The position numbers and the translations under genes were made by a program. This document shows, in pieces, positions 54,360 through 64,000 of a DNA stretch of 64,000 nucleotides. Every line of letters begins with the position of its first letter. Within the stretch, counting starts at the first letter, position 1. The stretch covers positions 59,954,001 to 60,018,000 of the forward strand of contig NC_043009.1 in the NCBI RefSeq assembly GCF_006345805.1, given 5' to 3'. This DNA comes from Octopus sinensis. Lineage: Eukaryota. The notes under the pieces are model-generated. The model searched no databases, was not told the origin of the DNA, and was given only the letters and a program-made list of their open reading frames with translations.

Positions 54360-55200
54360 TGCTGGTTATAGTGTTGGTTGAGGTCTTTGCCCCAACGCAG
54401 GCAGCAGTGGAGATCTTCGACTCCTTAGACCTTTCATTAGTTCAGAGCAGAAGGCTCGCAAATGGGTTGTTCCTCCACAAACGAGACAGTGTGGCTTTTT
54501 CCCCTCTGTTATTATGTGTATTACCGATTTTATCTTTTCAGGCTGCTTTCTTCGTCTCTGCTGAGATGCATCTGAAATGTACTGTTCTCTCTACTGCTTA
54601 GATCGTTTCTGTCGGGATGGTTAGGTTGGCCCAGGTTTGCTCGTGTTTCACGAGTTTCCAGGCTTCGGCCAACTTTTCATCCTTGTGAGGTCTAGGCTGA
54701 ATTGTGGTCTCATCGTGGATGCTGCCACTGCGAAAGTGTTCGTGTTGTTGTTGTTGGAAATACTGGTATCATTGTTGTTGTCGTTGTTTCACTGTTGCTG
54801 CTACTGCTGCTGTTGTTGTCATTGTTATGGTTGGTATTGTTGACACCTTTGTTATTGTTGTCGTTGCCATCGCTGCTGCTGCTGCTGACGTTGCTGTCTC
54901 GCGTTTTGTTGATGTTGCCACCACTACTACTACTACTGCTGGCAGTGGTGGTAGCGGTGAAGGATGGTAGTGTTTTCGCTTATGATGTTGGTGTTCGTAA
55001 TTTTCACTTGTTTCTGCGGTGGTAAAGAGGAGGAGAGAAGCAAGGGGAATTTCATTTTCATACGTTCCACGTGCGCAATTATGTTGCTGTTGTTGCTGCT
55101 ACAGTAGTCGCTGTCTTGTTCAACTTGGCTGTTCTGTCTTGATAACCCGCTGTTCTTTTCAGCAGACGGACGGTTTTCGTTCGCCATCTTTGATTTTAGC
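54360..55200 (-). pseudogene. Decayed gag-like LINE ORF1 (Tx1-like) with a CCHC zinc knuckle
   Basis: Minus strand HIITEGKKPH-CLVCGGTTHLRAFC (C-x2-C-x4-H-x4-C, 54447-54488). A probable start MANENRPSAEKNSG lies near 55188. The interior is invaded by trinucleotide runs. Confidence 0.55.
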
Positions 55201-55432
55201 GAAAAAAATGAGGAGGGGTTGTAACTCAAATAAATCTCAAAATAGCCTCTAAGGGCTACAAACGGGGAAGAAATAACCAGTTCCCTAAGGTTCTGGTTTG
55301 TTTAACTAAGTTAATAATAACAAATGTACAATGTAAAACAATATGAATAATATTAAAACGCAACGATGTGCGAGCACGTGTCGATAGACGAACAGCATCA
55401 ACAACAACAACGACAACAACAATAATATTATT

Positions 55433-55541
<109 letters not shown>

Positions 55542-56298
55542 GAAATAACAACAACAACAGCAGCAGCAACAATAACAACAGGAATTCAGTATACAAAATA
55601 CAAAGATGGCATTACAACAAAACTAAAAAAAAACTACGAAAAAAATAAAATATCTTGAATGATTAAAACCATAGCTTTCTCCATGGAAAACCCAAATAAA
55701 CTCAACAGAACGACAATATAAATACATTCTTGTCCCCACAAACAAGCTAAAAATACGCTTCACAATAGATGAACCACATTTAACACAGGAGAAGATGATA
55801 AATAAACTAGAAGAAAGCATAGTGGAATCGATGAGAATGGATCAATCTGGCTAAACTATACACGAATAAATAGCTCGAAGGTAGAATACATAAATGTGAA
55901 AGGAAGCTACAAGAAGTTGTGATCGTGGAAAGAAACCACCTGAATATCGATAGAGCAATCGATTGAAAAGTAATGTTAAAATGGGTGGAAACTGGATCCC
56001 ATCCTAATATAATCAGACGCCATTTTTGCCAAACCTCACAAGAAAGAAAGAAAGAAAATATGTTAAATAAAATTGAACCTCCTCCACAAAAGAAAGGGAA
56101 AAGAAATTATTAGAAAGTTCTATCTTTACTTAACGAAATGGAAAAGTAAAAATCTGATATCAAAAAGAGGAAATAAATGAAAATAATTTATAAAATATAT
56201 TAATAGAAAAAGAATATACACGAATATAAAAAAAGCGTTTTAGGAAATTATAGCAAAAACATGCGACATGACATGTTTGAAGAAACCTAACCGCTTCT

Positions 56299-56531
56299 GA
56301 AGGCGGCGAGCTGGCAGAAACGTTAGCACACCGGGCGAAATGCTGGGCGGTGTTTCGTCTGCCGCTATGTTCTGAGTTCAAATTCCGTCGAGGTTGACTC
56401 TGCCTTTCATCCTTTCGGGGTCGATTAAATAGGCACCAGTTACGCACTGGGGTCGATGTAATCGACTTAATCCGTTTGTCTGTCCTTATTTGTCCCCTCT
56501 ATGTTTAGCCCCTGGGGGGCAATAAAGAAAT
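56299..56531 (+). mobile_element. Family B SINE, full length
   Basis: 19-bp TSD aagaaacctaaccgcttct at 56280-56298 and 56532-56550. Confidence 0.93.
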
Positions 56532-56869
56532 AAGAAACCTAACCGCTTCTTTCAGAACAATGAATTAAACGCCAAACGATTTTGCAAGGCTATTTAACCA
56601 AAAATCCCCCGGATGACACACCAACAATATTAGAGGAGACACTAACAACGCTGGAAGTTCAAATGTCTTCTCATATGAAACCTTGGAGTGTGGACGGTTC
56701 ATTCATCTCTCTGCAGCTATTTTAACGGTTGCAATTTTAAACCCGTTATCCTTTTATGCTTTCGATCTAATGTTTCTCTAGCCTTTATCAGAGATTTCTG
56801 TTGTCTTCTTCATGGTCTTTTCTCAGGACCTTCTCCTGCAACGAACAATAATTCTAGGCTTTCTACCCA

Positions 56870-57515
56870 GATAGCCTGTCCATAATATTGCAATTTTTGG
56901 TCGCCTACTTCTTTTAAGAGACTCCACGTGTTCTAATTTAGTATAACGCCAACTGTTCTGCCCTTTTCCTTACTGTTCAGCTACTTATTAGGATTCTTCT
57001 ATAAGAGCAACCTTGAAAAATCCTCTGTCTTTAGTCTAACAGTTTTCTGAAGAGTTTAGTATTCAGATCCATACATTGCTATTGAAAATATCAAAGTGTG
57101 CTGCAATCTTAGCCTGGTAACTTTACATACTGATGGATTTTTTTTCCTAAATGCAGTTTAACGAGATAACAGAGGATTTGGCTGTTTGCAAGATTTCTTT
57201 CAACTCTTTGCTGTTATCACATTGATTTGTAATAAATCTTCTAAGATATTGTCGGATGAATGATTGATTTAGGTTCCTCAAAATTAATGAGTTGATCATA
57301 TTCTTCGCTTGTTTCTTTCCTTTTCTTCATCAAAATCCTCAGTACTTCTTCGCTACTAACCATAAGGACGGTGTCATCAGCATATCTAAAATCGACAACC
57401 ATTCTTCCACCGATCTTAATTGTATCTCCAGAACTTTCTAAAACTTTCTTCATTACTCTTTTTGCAGAGATGTTAAGCAGAGAAAAAGAAAGGGCGTATC
57501 CTTGTCGCACTTCGG
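56870..57515 (-). pseudogene. RTE-clade LINE reverse transcriptase relic
   Basis: RQGYALSFSLLNI...IKIGGRMVVDFRYADDTVLMVSSEEVL, and downstream LIFSIAMYGSE..TL, match the RTE pattern GVRQGCILSP/NLRYADDT/YGCETWT. Confidence 0.8.
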
Positions 57516-58199
57516 TTCAGCCCCAAGCTATTCAGTGAAGTTTATGTAAGTTTGAACAGCTGCAAATGAAGTGATATTAATATTTACATAAAATATTAAG
57601 GAGAGTGCTGTTTCTATCGACATTAATCAAAATTTGTCATAAATGAATGTGTCAGATGTGTACAAGGAACGCAATATAAAAAAACAAACAAACAAACAAA
57701 AAAAACAATTCAAAAAATCAGACTGCAATGGATCAAAAGGGAAAAAGATTTTTAAAAAAAGCAGAATAGCACCATGAGCTTGATCGACCATAGGTGGCAA
57801 GGAAATATCACCAACACTTTAAGAAAGGCAGTCAATAGCAGTCAATGAACTGGTGAACACAGTAATATCAACACCTGAATAAGTGTCGGTGAGGAAAACA
57901 ACGTTAATTCTTAAAAATAAAACAAGTGGAGACCTCTTAAACAACAGGTTTTTTTTAGCCCAATGACAACAACCTACAGAATCCTAACACTCATATTCTA
58001 AAACTGGCTGCTTGTTGACGTAAAGAGCAATAACAATTTAACAGAGAAATACAAAGGGTACCGGGAAGATAAAGGATATACTTACATGCATTCTAAAACA
58101 AACTCATTCCGACATAAAGAAATAATTGAAATATTTTATTATTCATATATTATTCATATTCGTATTACGTAGGAGAAATTACAGTAAACACGAGAATTA

Positions 58200-58439
58200 C
58201 TCTTTACTCTTTTACTCTTTTACTTGTTTCAGTCATTTGACTGCGGCCATGCTGGAGCACCGCCTTTAGTCGAGCAAATCGCCCCCAGGACTTATTCTTT
58301 GTAAGCCTAGTACTTATTCTATCGGTCTCTTTTTGCCGAGCTGCTAAGTTACGGGGACGTAAACACGCCAGCATCGGTTGTCAAGCGATGTTGGAGGGAC
58401 AAATACACACACACACACACATACACACGCACACACACA

Positions 58440-58492
<53 letters not shown>

Positions 58493-58622
58493 GCATACGT
58501 ATATACGACGGGCTTCTTTCAGTTTCCGTCTACAGACACTTGCCCAAGGTGCCACGCAGTGAGACTGAACCCGGAACCATGTAGTTCGTAAGCAAGCTAC
58601 TTACTACAGCCACTCCTGCGCC
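58200..58622 (-). mobile_element. Family A SINE with an internal deletion
   Basis: Reverse copy lacking part of the core. Confidence 0.88.
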
Positions 58623-59127
58623 TATGGACTTTTCACTATTATGGTTGCTCGGAACCCTGCATTAGATGTTCTAAGTACATTTGGACTCTTAACCAGAACT
58701 GATCATCAGGGAACACTTCGTTGCATTCAATTACAGAGAATCAATGCATTGCGTTTTAGAGGATAGAAAGCGTATCGGAAAGAGATGTGTAGGATTACAT
58801 CTGTCTTGATTTATATAGCAAAATGACTCCAGCATAAGGATAGAATTCAAAATATGTTTTTTTTTTGCAGCAAAAATGTCAATATCGTACATGAAATATC
58901 ACTTTCACTTGGCTACTGGTTGGAATCTCGTGGCTCCAGAAATATTCCGAACAAAGACCAAATCTAATACTGCTCATGAGATAGTTGTCAATGGATCTAA
59001 AAATAAATTTTCCATAAAATGTACGAATAGTAGACATTGAACTTTCCAAGTCGAAAGGAGTGTTCATGTAAAAAACGAAAGCGCAGTAAGTTTAAATAAG
59101 ATATGTATGGCAATACAAGAATGTCTG

Positions 59128-59475
59128 TTACCTCCGCTTTAGTGAAGGCGGAGGTGTTGTTTCAGCCGTGTTTGTTTGTCCGTAGACAAGATATCTCAAG
59201 AACCGCTGGATGGATTCGGATGAAACTTTCAGGGATATTTGGCCTCGTGACTGGCACAAACTAATTAGATTTTGGGATTGATCCGGTACCGGACAAAGGT
59301 TCTAGATTATTTTTCGTTTTTTTCCCACTTAACTTTTGAGAGCGGTCAGGTTCATTTTTTAGCATTCTCGTTTGTGAGAGCAGTCGAGTGTATTTCAGAT
59401 ATTCTCATTTTTAAAATATATCATCTCTGGCTAATCGTTGATGTTGCCTTGGCGGAGGTTTGCGACGCATGCTAT
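59128..59475 (+). mobile_element. Helentron-associated (HINE/DINE-1-like) non-autonomous element
   Basis: 5' acctccgc (59130-59137) with a nearby inverted copy gcggaggt (59148-59155), a gtttgtttgtc tract, and a 3' ggcggaggt (59451-59459). The 3' hairpin has decayed. Confidence 0.65.
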
Positions 59476-59555
59476 AAAATAAGTGATTGGGAAAAAAATC
59501 AGTACGAAGAATGTCCAAAGTTCCTTTGTATCGTGAAATGAAACTGTGTACATTA

Positions 59556-59772
59556 CTAGTGGGTGCTGAAAAGTTCCTGGCTTTAAGGGTATCGCGAAAG
59601 GCCTGATTGGAGACCCAAACGTTTGAGTTCTTTCACAGGGCTTAGAAAAACTGAAGGACCGCTGCAATAAATGTGTAAATCTGAGAGGGGAATATATTGA
59701 AGGAAACCATAATTATCTGATCCTCCAGTATTTTCTTTTACTTAAAGCCAGGAACTTTTCAGCTTTCTCTCG
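59556..59772 (+). mobile_element. 217-bp mariner-derived MITE
   Basis: TIRs gctgaaaagttcctggctttaa / ttaaagccaggaacttttcagc with flanking TA. Retains the transposase tail LEKLKDRCNKCVNLRGEYIE. Confidence 0.85.
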
Positions 59773-60389
59773 TATAAACAAGATTTGTTTACCAAAAGAA
59801 ATATAACACAAACAGAAAATTCCTGAATAAGGATATCAAATAAGTGACATACGAAAAATATAAGAGTATAATACTGTGTGATGTGGATTTAATTGGAAGC
59901 AAGACAGCTCTGCCGAAAAGGAAAAATAATTCTGTTTAACTAATGTCAGGTAGGTTAAAGAAAGTCTCTCTGCTCGCGCACGAAGCGAAAAGCAATTTGT
60001 GTGAAAAATGGTTGATGACGTTTGGTCGTATGACATGCAAAATAGAGTAGCCCTACAGAGTCTTTTCGACACTCAGGAGAATTAATTACAGATGTAAAGA
60101 CTAGCTACAAGTGAATATAGTAATTACTGGAGACAGCAAAATGAATAAAGCAATCGTTAGTGTGGTATATAGATTGTTGAAAACTATTTAATAGTAAACT
60201 ACACTCTTTGATACCAGAGATACACGTTACAAATAAAACAAATTTAACACTAGCATGACACATGAAACACGCCATCAGTTTTGTTTCTATAAAGAGAAAA
60301 TCTTTTTCGTTGAGGTTTATTATCTCCCTATTTTACTGCAGAGCTCTGACTACATAACTAAACAACACTTCTGAATCTAAGAACAAATA

Positions 60390-60955
60390 TTGGGTTGTCC
60401 GGAAAGTTCGTGTCGATTTATAGTAGATTACTTTTCAACTTATTTTAGAATATGGTTGAGTCCATAAAATAGGATTTGACTACACCTCCATTTAGAGCAC
60501 AGTTTAAGTTATCTTTTCGTGGAAGAAGGTTTATGTTCCTATAACTTGTGTTAATTTTGTAACCCTTTAAAATGAAAGATAAGAAAGTTCATTTTCGACA
60601 CTTGATGCTTTGGGAACCAGACAAAAATTGCTGCAGCTCAGCTGGGATGTGTTACCCCACCCTCCATATTCACCAGATATTGCTCCTTCGGATTTCCATT
60701 TATTCAGGTCTCTGCAGAATAGTCTTAATGGTAAAAATTTCAATTCCTTGGATGACGTAAAAAGATACCTTGATGAATTCTTTGCCATGAAACCACCTCA
60801 ATTCTGGGAAGAGGGTATTTTCAAGTTAAAGGAAAGATGGAGGCGCATTGTGAAACAAAATGGTTCATATTTAGTTGATTAAAAATGTAATGGCAAGTAT
60901 TTATTGATCTTTTTCTTTTCTTTAAAAATCGGCACGAACTTTTTGGACAACCTAA
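60390..60955 (+). mobile_element. Internally deleted mariner (566 bp)
   Basis: TA-flanked ~30-bp TIRs ttgggttgtccggaaagttcgtgtcgattt / reverse complement ttaggttgtccaaaaagttcgtgccgattt. MKDKKVHFRHLML is fused to ...HPPYSPDIAPSDFHLFRSLQN...ERWRRIVKQNGSYLVD*. Confidence 0.92.
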
Positions 60956-61274
60956 TAGTTATAAATTGTTCGTAGACAGTATAAACCATCACCTCCAGAA
61001 GCTTAAACTATAAACAAGAAATAGTACCCAGCAGGGAAAACTACAAAAAATTGTTTAAGAACTCAGTCAGGATATAATAATGAGTATGAGACTAGACAAA
61101 TCTGTCAAATCTACTATAAAGAAGAGACAAAATATCATTAAACTAGATCCAAGCATTAAGATCAGAAAACCAGACCTGAACTACTCTTACAAATCCTTAT
61201 GAGCAAATGAAATTGATATAACACACAGAAGGGTCAGGGTAGCATCTAGAACTGGACTCAATATTAAGAATAAG

Positions 61275-61865
61275 ATTAAGGTGGTGAGCTGGCAGAATCG
61301 TTACCGTGCCGCTCTAAATGCTTAACAGTATTTCGTCCGTCTTTACGTTCAGAGTTCTAATTCCACCGAGGTCGACTTAGGCTTTCACCCTTTGGAGATT
61401 GATAAAATAAATACCAGCAGAGCACTGGGGGGTCGACGTAATTGGCTATCCCCCTCCTCCGAAATTGCTGTTCTTGTGCCAGAATTTGAAACCAATATTG
61501 GAAGACCTCCTTCGGTCAGGAATGATCATGGTATTGCACCTAGAAAGTTACCCTCCGAAGCACAAGTCCAGGCAAGATTGTTTATGGGAGACCAGCAGTC
61601 GCCCATGCATACCAGCCTCCTCTTTCCACATCACCGATGTTGTCCAAGGGAAAGGCAAAAGGGGCCGATACAGCTTGGCACCTGTGACGTCGCAACTCAT
61701 TTCTACAGCTGAGTTAACTGTAGAAACGTGAAATAAAGTATCTTAGCGGTTCTGCAAAAGAGACCGATAGAATAAGTACTAGGCTTAGACAGAATAAATA
61801 CTGGGGTCGATTTCCTCGACTAAAGGCGGTGCTCCAGCATGGCCGCAGTCAAATGACTGAAACGA
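61275..61865. mobile_element. SINE cluster: family B2 (+, 61275-61500), an unassigned SINE-like fragment (61500-61740) and a family A tail (+, 61745-61865)
   Basis: The B and A parts align to other copies. The middle part contains actcatttctacagctgagttaactg, loosely echoed near 26275. Confidence 0.65.
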
Positions 61866-62159
61866 TTAACCCTTTTTGTATAAAATTTAAATATTCATCG
61901 TCCGACACATCACAAAACATAATCACCACCTAACAAGATAACACAACTTATATTGGATACATTCTAACGTAACAAAGTAAAATGATATACAAAATTCACA
62001 CCAGAAACAGCAAAGAACACCCTACAACAAGGCCAGACTAATGCAGCATAGAAACACTCTTCTACGCTCCCAAAAGACAATGTTGTGCGCAGCTCAAGAA
62101 CATAAAGGTGTGCCTGGTGATGGAGTAGGACGCTGGCAAGGAACTGTGGAAAACATGTT

Positions 62160-62219
62160 GTTGTTGTTGATGATGATGATGATGATGAAGATGATAATGA
62201 TGAGAATGATGATGACGAT

Positions 62220-62250
<31 letters not shown>

Positions 62251-62273
62251 ATGATGAGGATGACGACGACGAC

Positions 62274-62312
<39 letters not shown>

Positions 62313-62364
62313 GATAAATATGATGATGCCGACGGTGATGTTGACAGCGATGATGATGATAATG

Positions 62365-62460
<96 letters not shown>

Positions 62461-62465
62461 TAATG

Positions 62466-62535
<70 letters not shown>

Positions 62536-63071
62536 TAATAATAATAATGATAATAAAAATACTGATTATAGCAATAAAAACAGCAACCCTCTAATTTTCC
62601 ATAATGATAATTCTAAAATTACAAAACAAGAGTATAAACAAATAAAAAAATTAATCGAAATAAATTAAATAATAAAAAAAAAAGCTAAGACATAAAAAAG
62701 AGCAAAGACTGTTTCACTTGGTCTGAGTCCAATCTAATTAAGTATACTTTATAACTATTTCGGTCTAATATTGATCTGATTCGATTATATAGCGACAGTT
62801 GTATTGTTGTTGTTGTTGTTGTTGTTGTTATTGTCATGGTTGTTGCTATTGCTGCTGTTGTTGTTGTTGTTGTTGTTAAGAGTTCGTTAGATTTCGTTAA
62901 CACACCTCTGCTTCCAATCGTTCACCCATGCCAAATGTGGATGTATGGTTGTACGTATGTATAAATGTATGTATGAATGTGTGTGTGTGTGTGCGTGTGT
63001 CCGTGTGTCCGTGTGTCCGTGTGTGTGTGTGTGTCCGTGTGTGTGTGTGTGTGGTGTGTGTGTGTGTGTGT

Positions 63072-63107
<36 letters not shown>

Positions 63108-63266
63108 TGTGTGTACACACTCAGCCATAATTTTATCCGATTTATGCCCGTAACATATTTTCATATGTACAAATACAATGTTCATTCCTCGCTAATCACT
63201 TTTTGCTTCGTCACTCAAATTGCTTTTCTTGGCCAACGTAATATGTACGTATATATATATATATAT

Positions 63267-63300
<34 letters not shown>

Positions 63301-63358
63301 GCATCTATATCTATCTATATATATATGTATATATATATACATGTATGCATTTATGTGC

Positions 63359-63397
<39 letters not shown>

Positions 63398-63408
63398 CAT
63401 GTAATAAG

Positions 63409-63440
<32 letters not shown>

Positions 63441-63560
63441 TACATATGTATATATATGCACATATATAGATATATAAATACATATGTATATATGTATCTG
63501 TATGCATATATACACGTTTGCGAGTGTGTTTGTGTTTGTGAGTGTGTGTGTGTGTGTGTG
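62160..63560. repeat. (GAT)n, (TAA)n, (GTT)n, (TG)n and (TA)n arrays
   Basis: Directly visible. Confidence 0.9.
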
Positions 63561-64000
63561 TGCGCGTGTAAGTGTGTGCGCGCGTGCGCGTGAATTTTAA
63601 AAGAGTAAAAAAAAATGCAGAAAAATATATGAAAGAATGGAAGAGTAAAGAATTAATACTGGAAGCCCATCTCTACTTCTTCCTTCTTTAAAAACAAACC
63701 GCTTTCTTCATTACAATCAGTCGCATCCATTTTAAATTATTATGACTTCCTCATGTACATCTCCGCCTCTCACTCCTCCTCTTCTATTAGACTCTCTCTT
63801 TCCTTTTCTTTTGTTCCTCTTATCTGTGTTATACCTCCTCCTCCTCCTCAGAGTAGGTCGTGCGCATGATCACACAGACAAATATATATGCATGCATGTG
63901 TTTGTATGTATGTGTGTGTGTAATTGTATTTATATATATATGTATACATATATATATATGTATACATACATATATATATATGTATACGTATGTGTGTGTG

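Noticed and set aside
55600-56280. Possible second LINE ORF1 relic on the + strand
   Set aside because: Many stops and no diagnostic motif.
60990-62060. Possible third Penelope relic (QIYYK..., TTYIGY...) interrupted by SINEs
   Set aside because: Only 3-5 residue matches in heavily decayed A-rich DNA; it needs a profile search.

Overview
AT-rich, repeat-saturated animal DNA with no host protein-coding gene I can support. The SINE families and microsatellite density point to an octopod cephalopod (inference). Nearly all ORFs in the supplied track are translated microsatellites. Real content: a Penelope-like retroelement (RT + GIY-YIG, frameshifted) at 43.7-49.5 kb, with a ~2.9 kb strand-skewed, internally repeated 3' extension that ends in an intact minimal hammerhead ribozyme motif. 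There are further Penelope relics, hammerhead-like motifs and (TA)n-flanked foldbacks. Other elements: three mariners and a maT/DD37D-like relic; a piggyBac relic; four non-autonomous Helitrons and one Helentron-type element; CR1-, RTE-, Tx1- and R4/Dong-type LINE fragments; and many copies of three tRNA-derived SINE families. Also present: an intron-containing tRNA-Lys(TTT) gene or pseudogene, a U6 fragment, and a 1.69 kb tandem duplication. All alignments were done by eye; unless terminal motifs are quoted, boundaries are approximate to about +/-10-20 bp.
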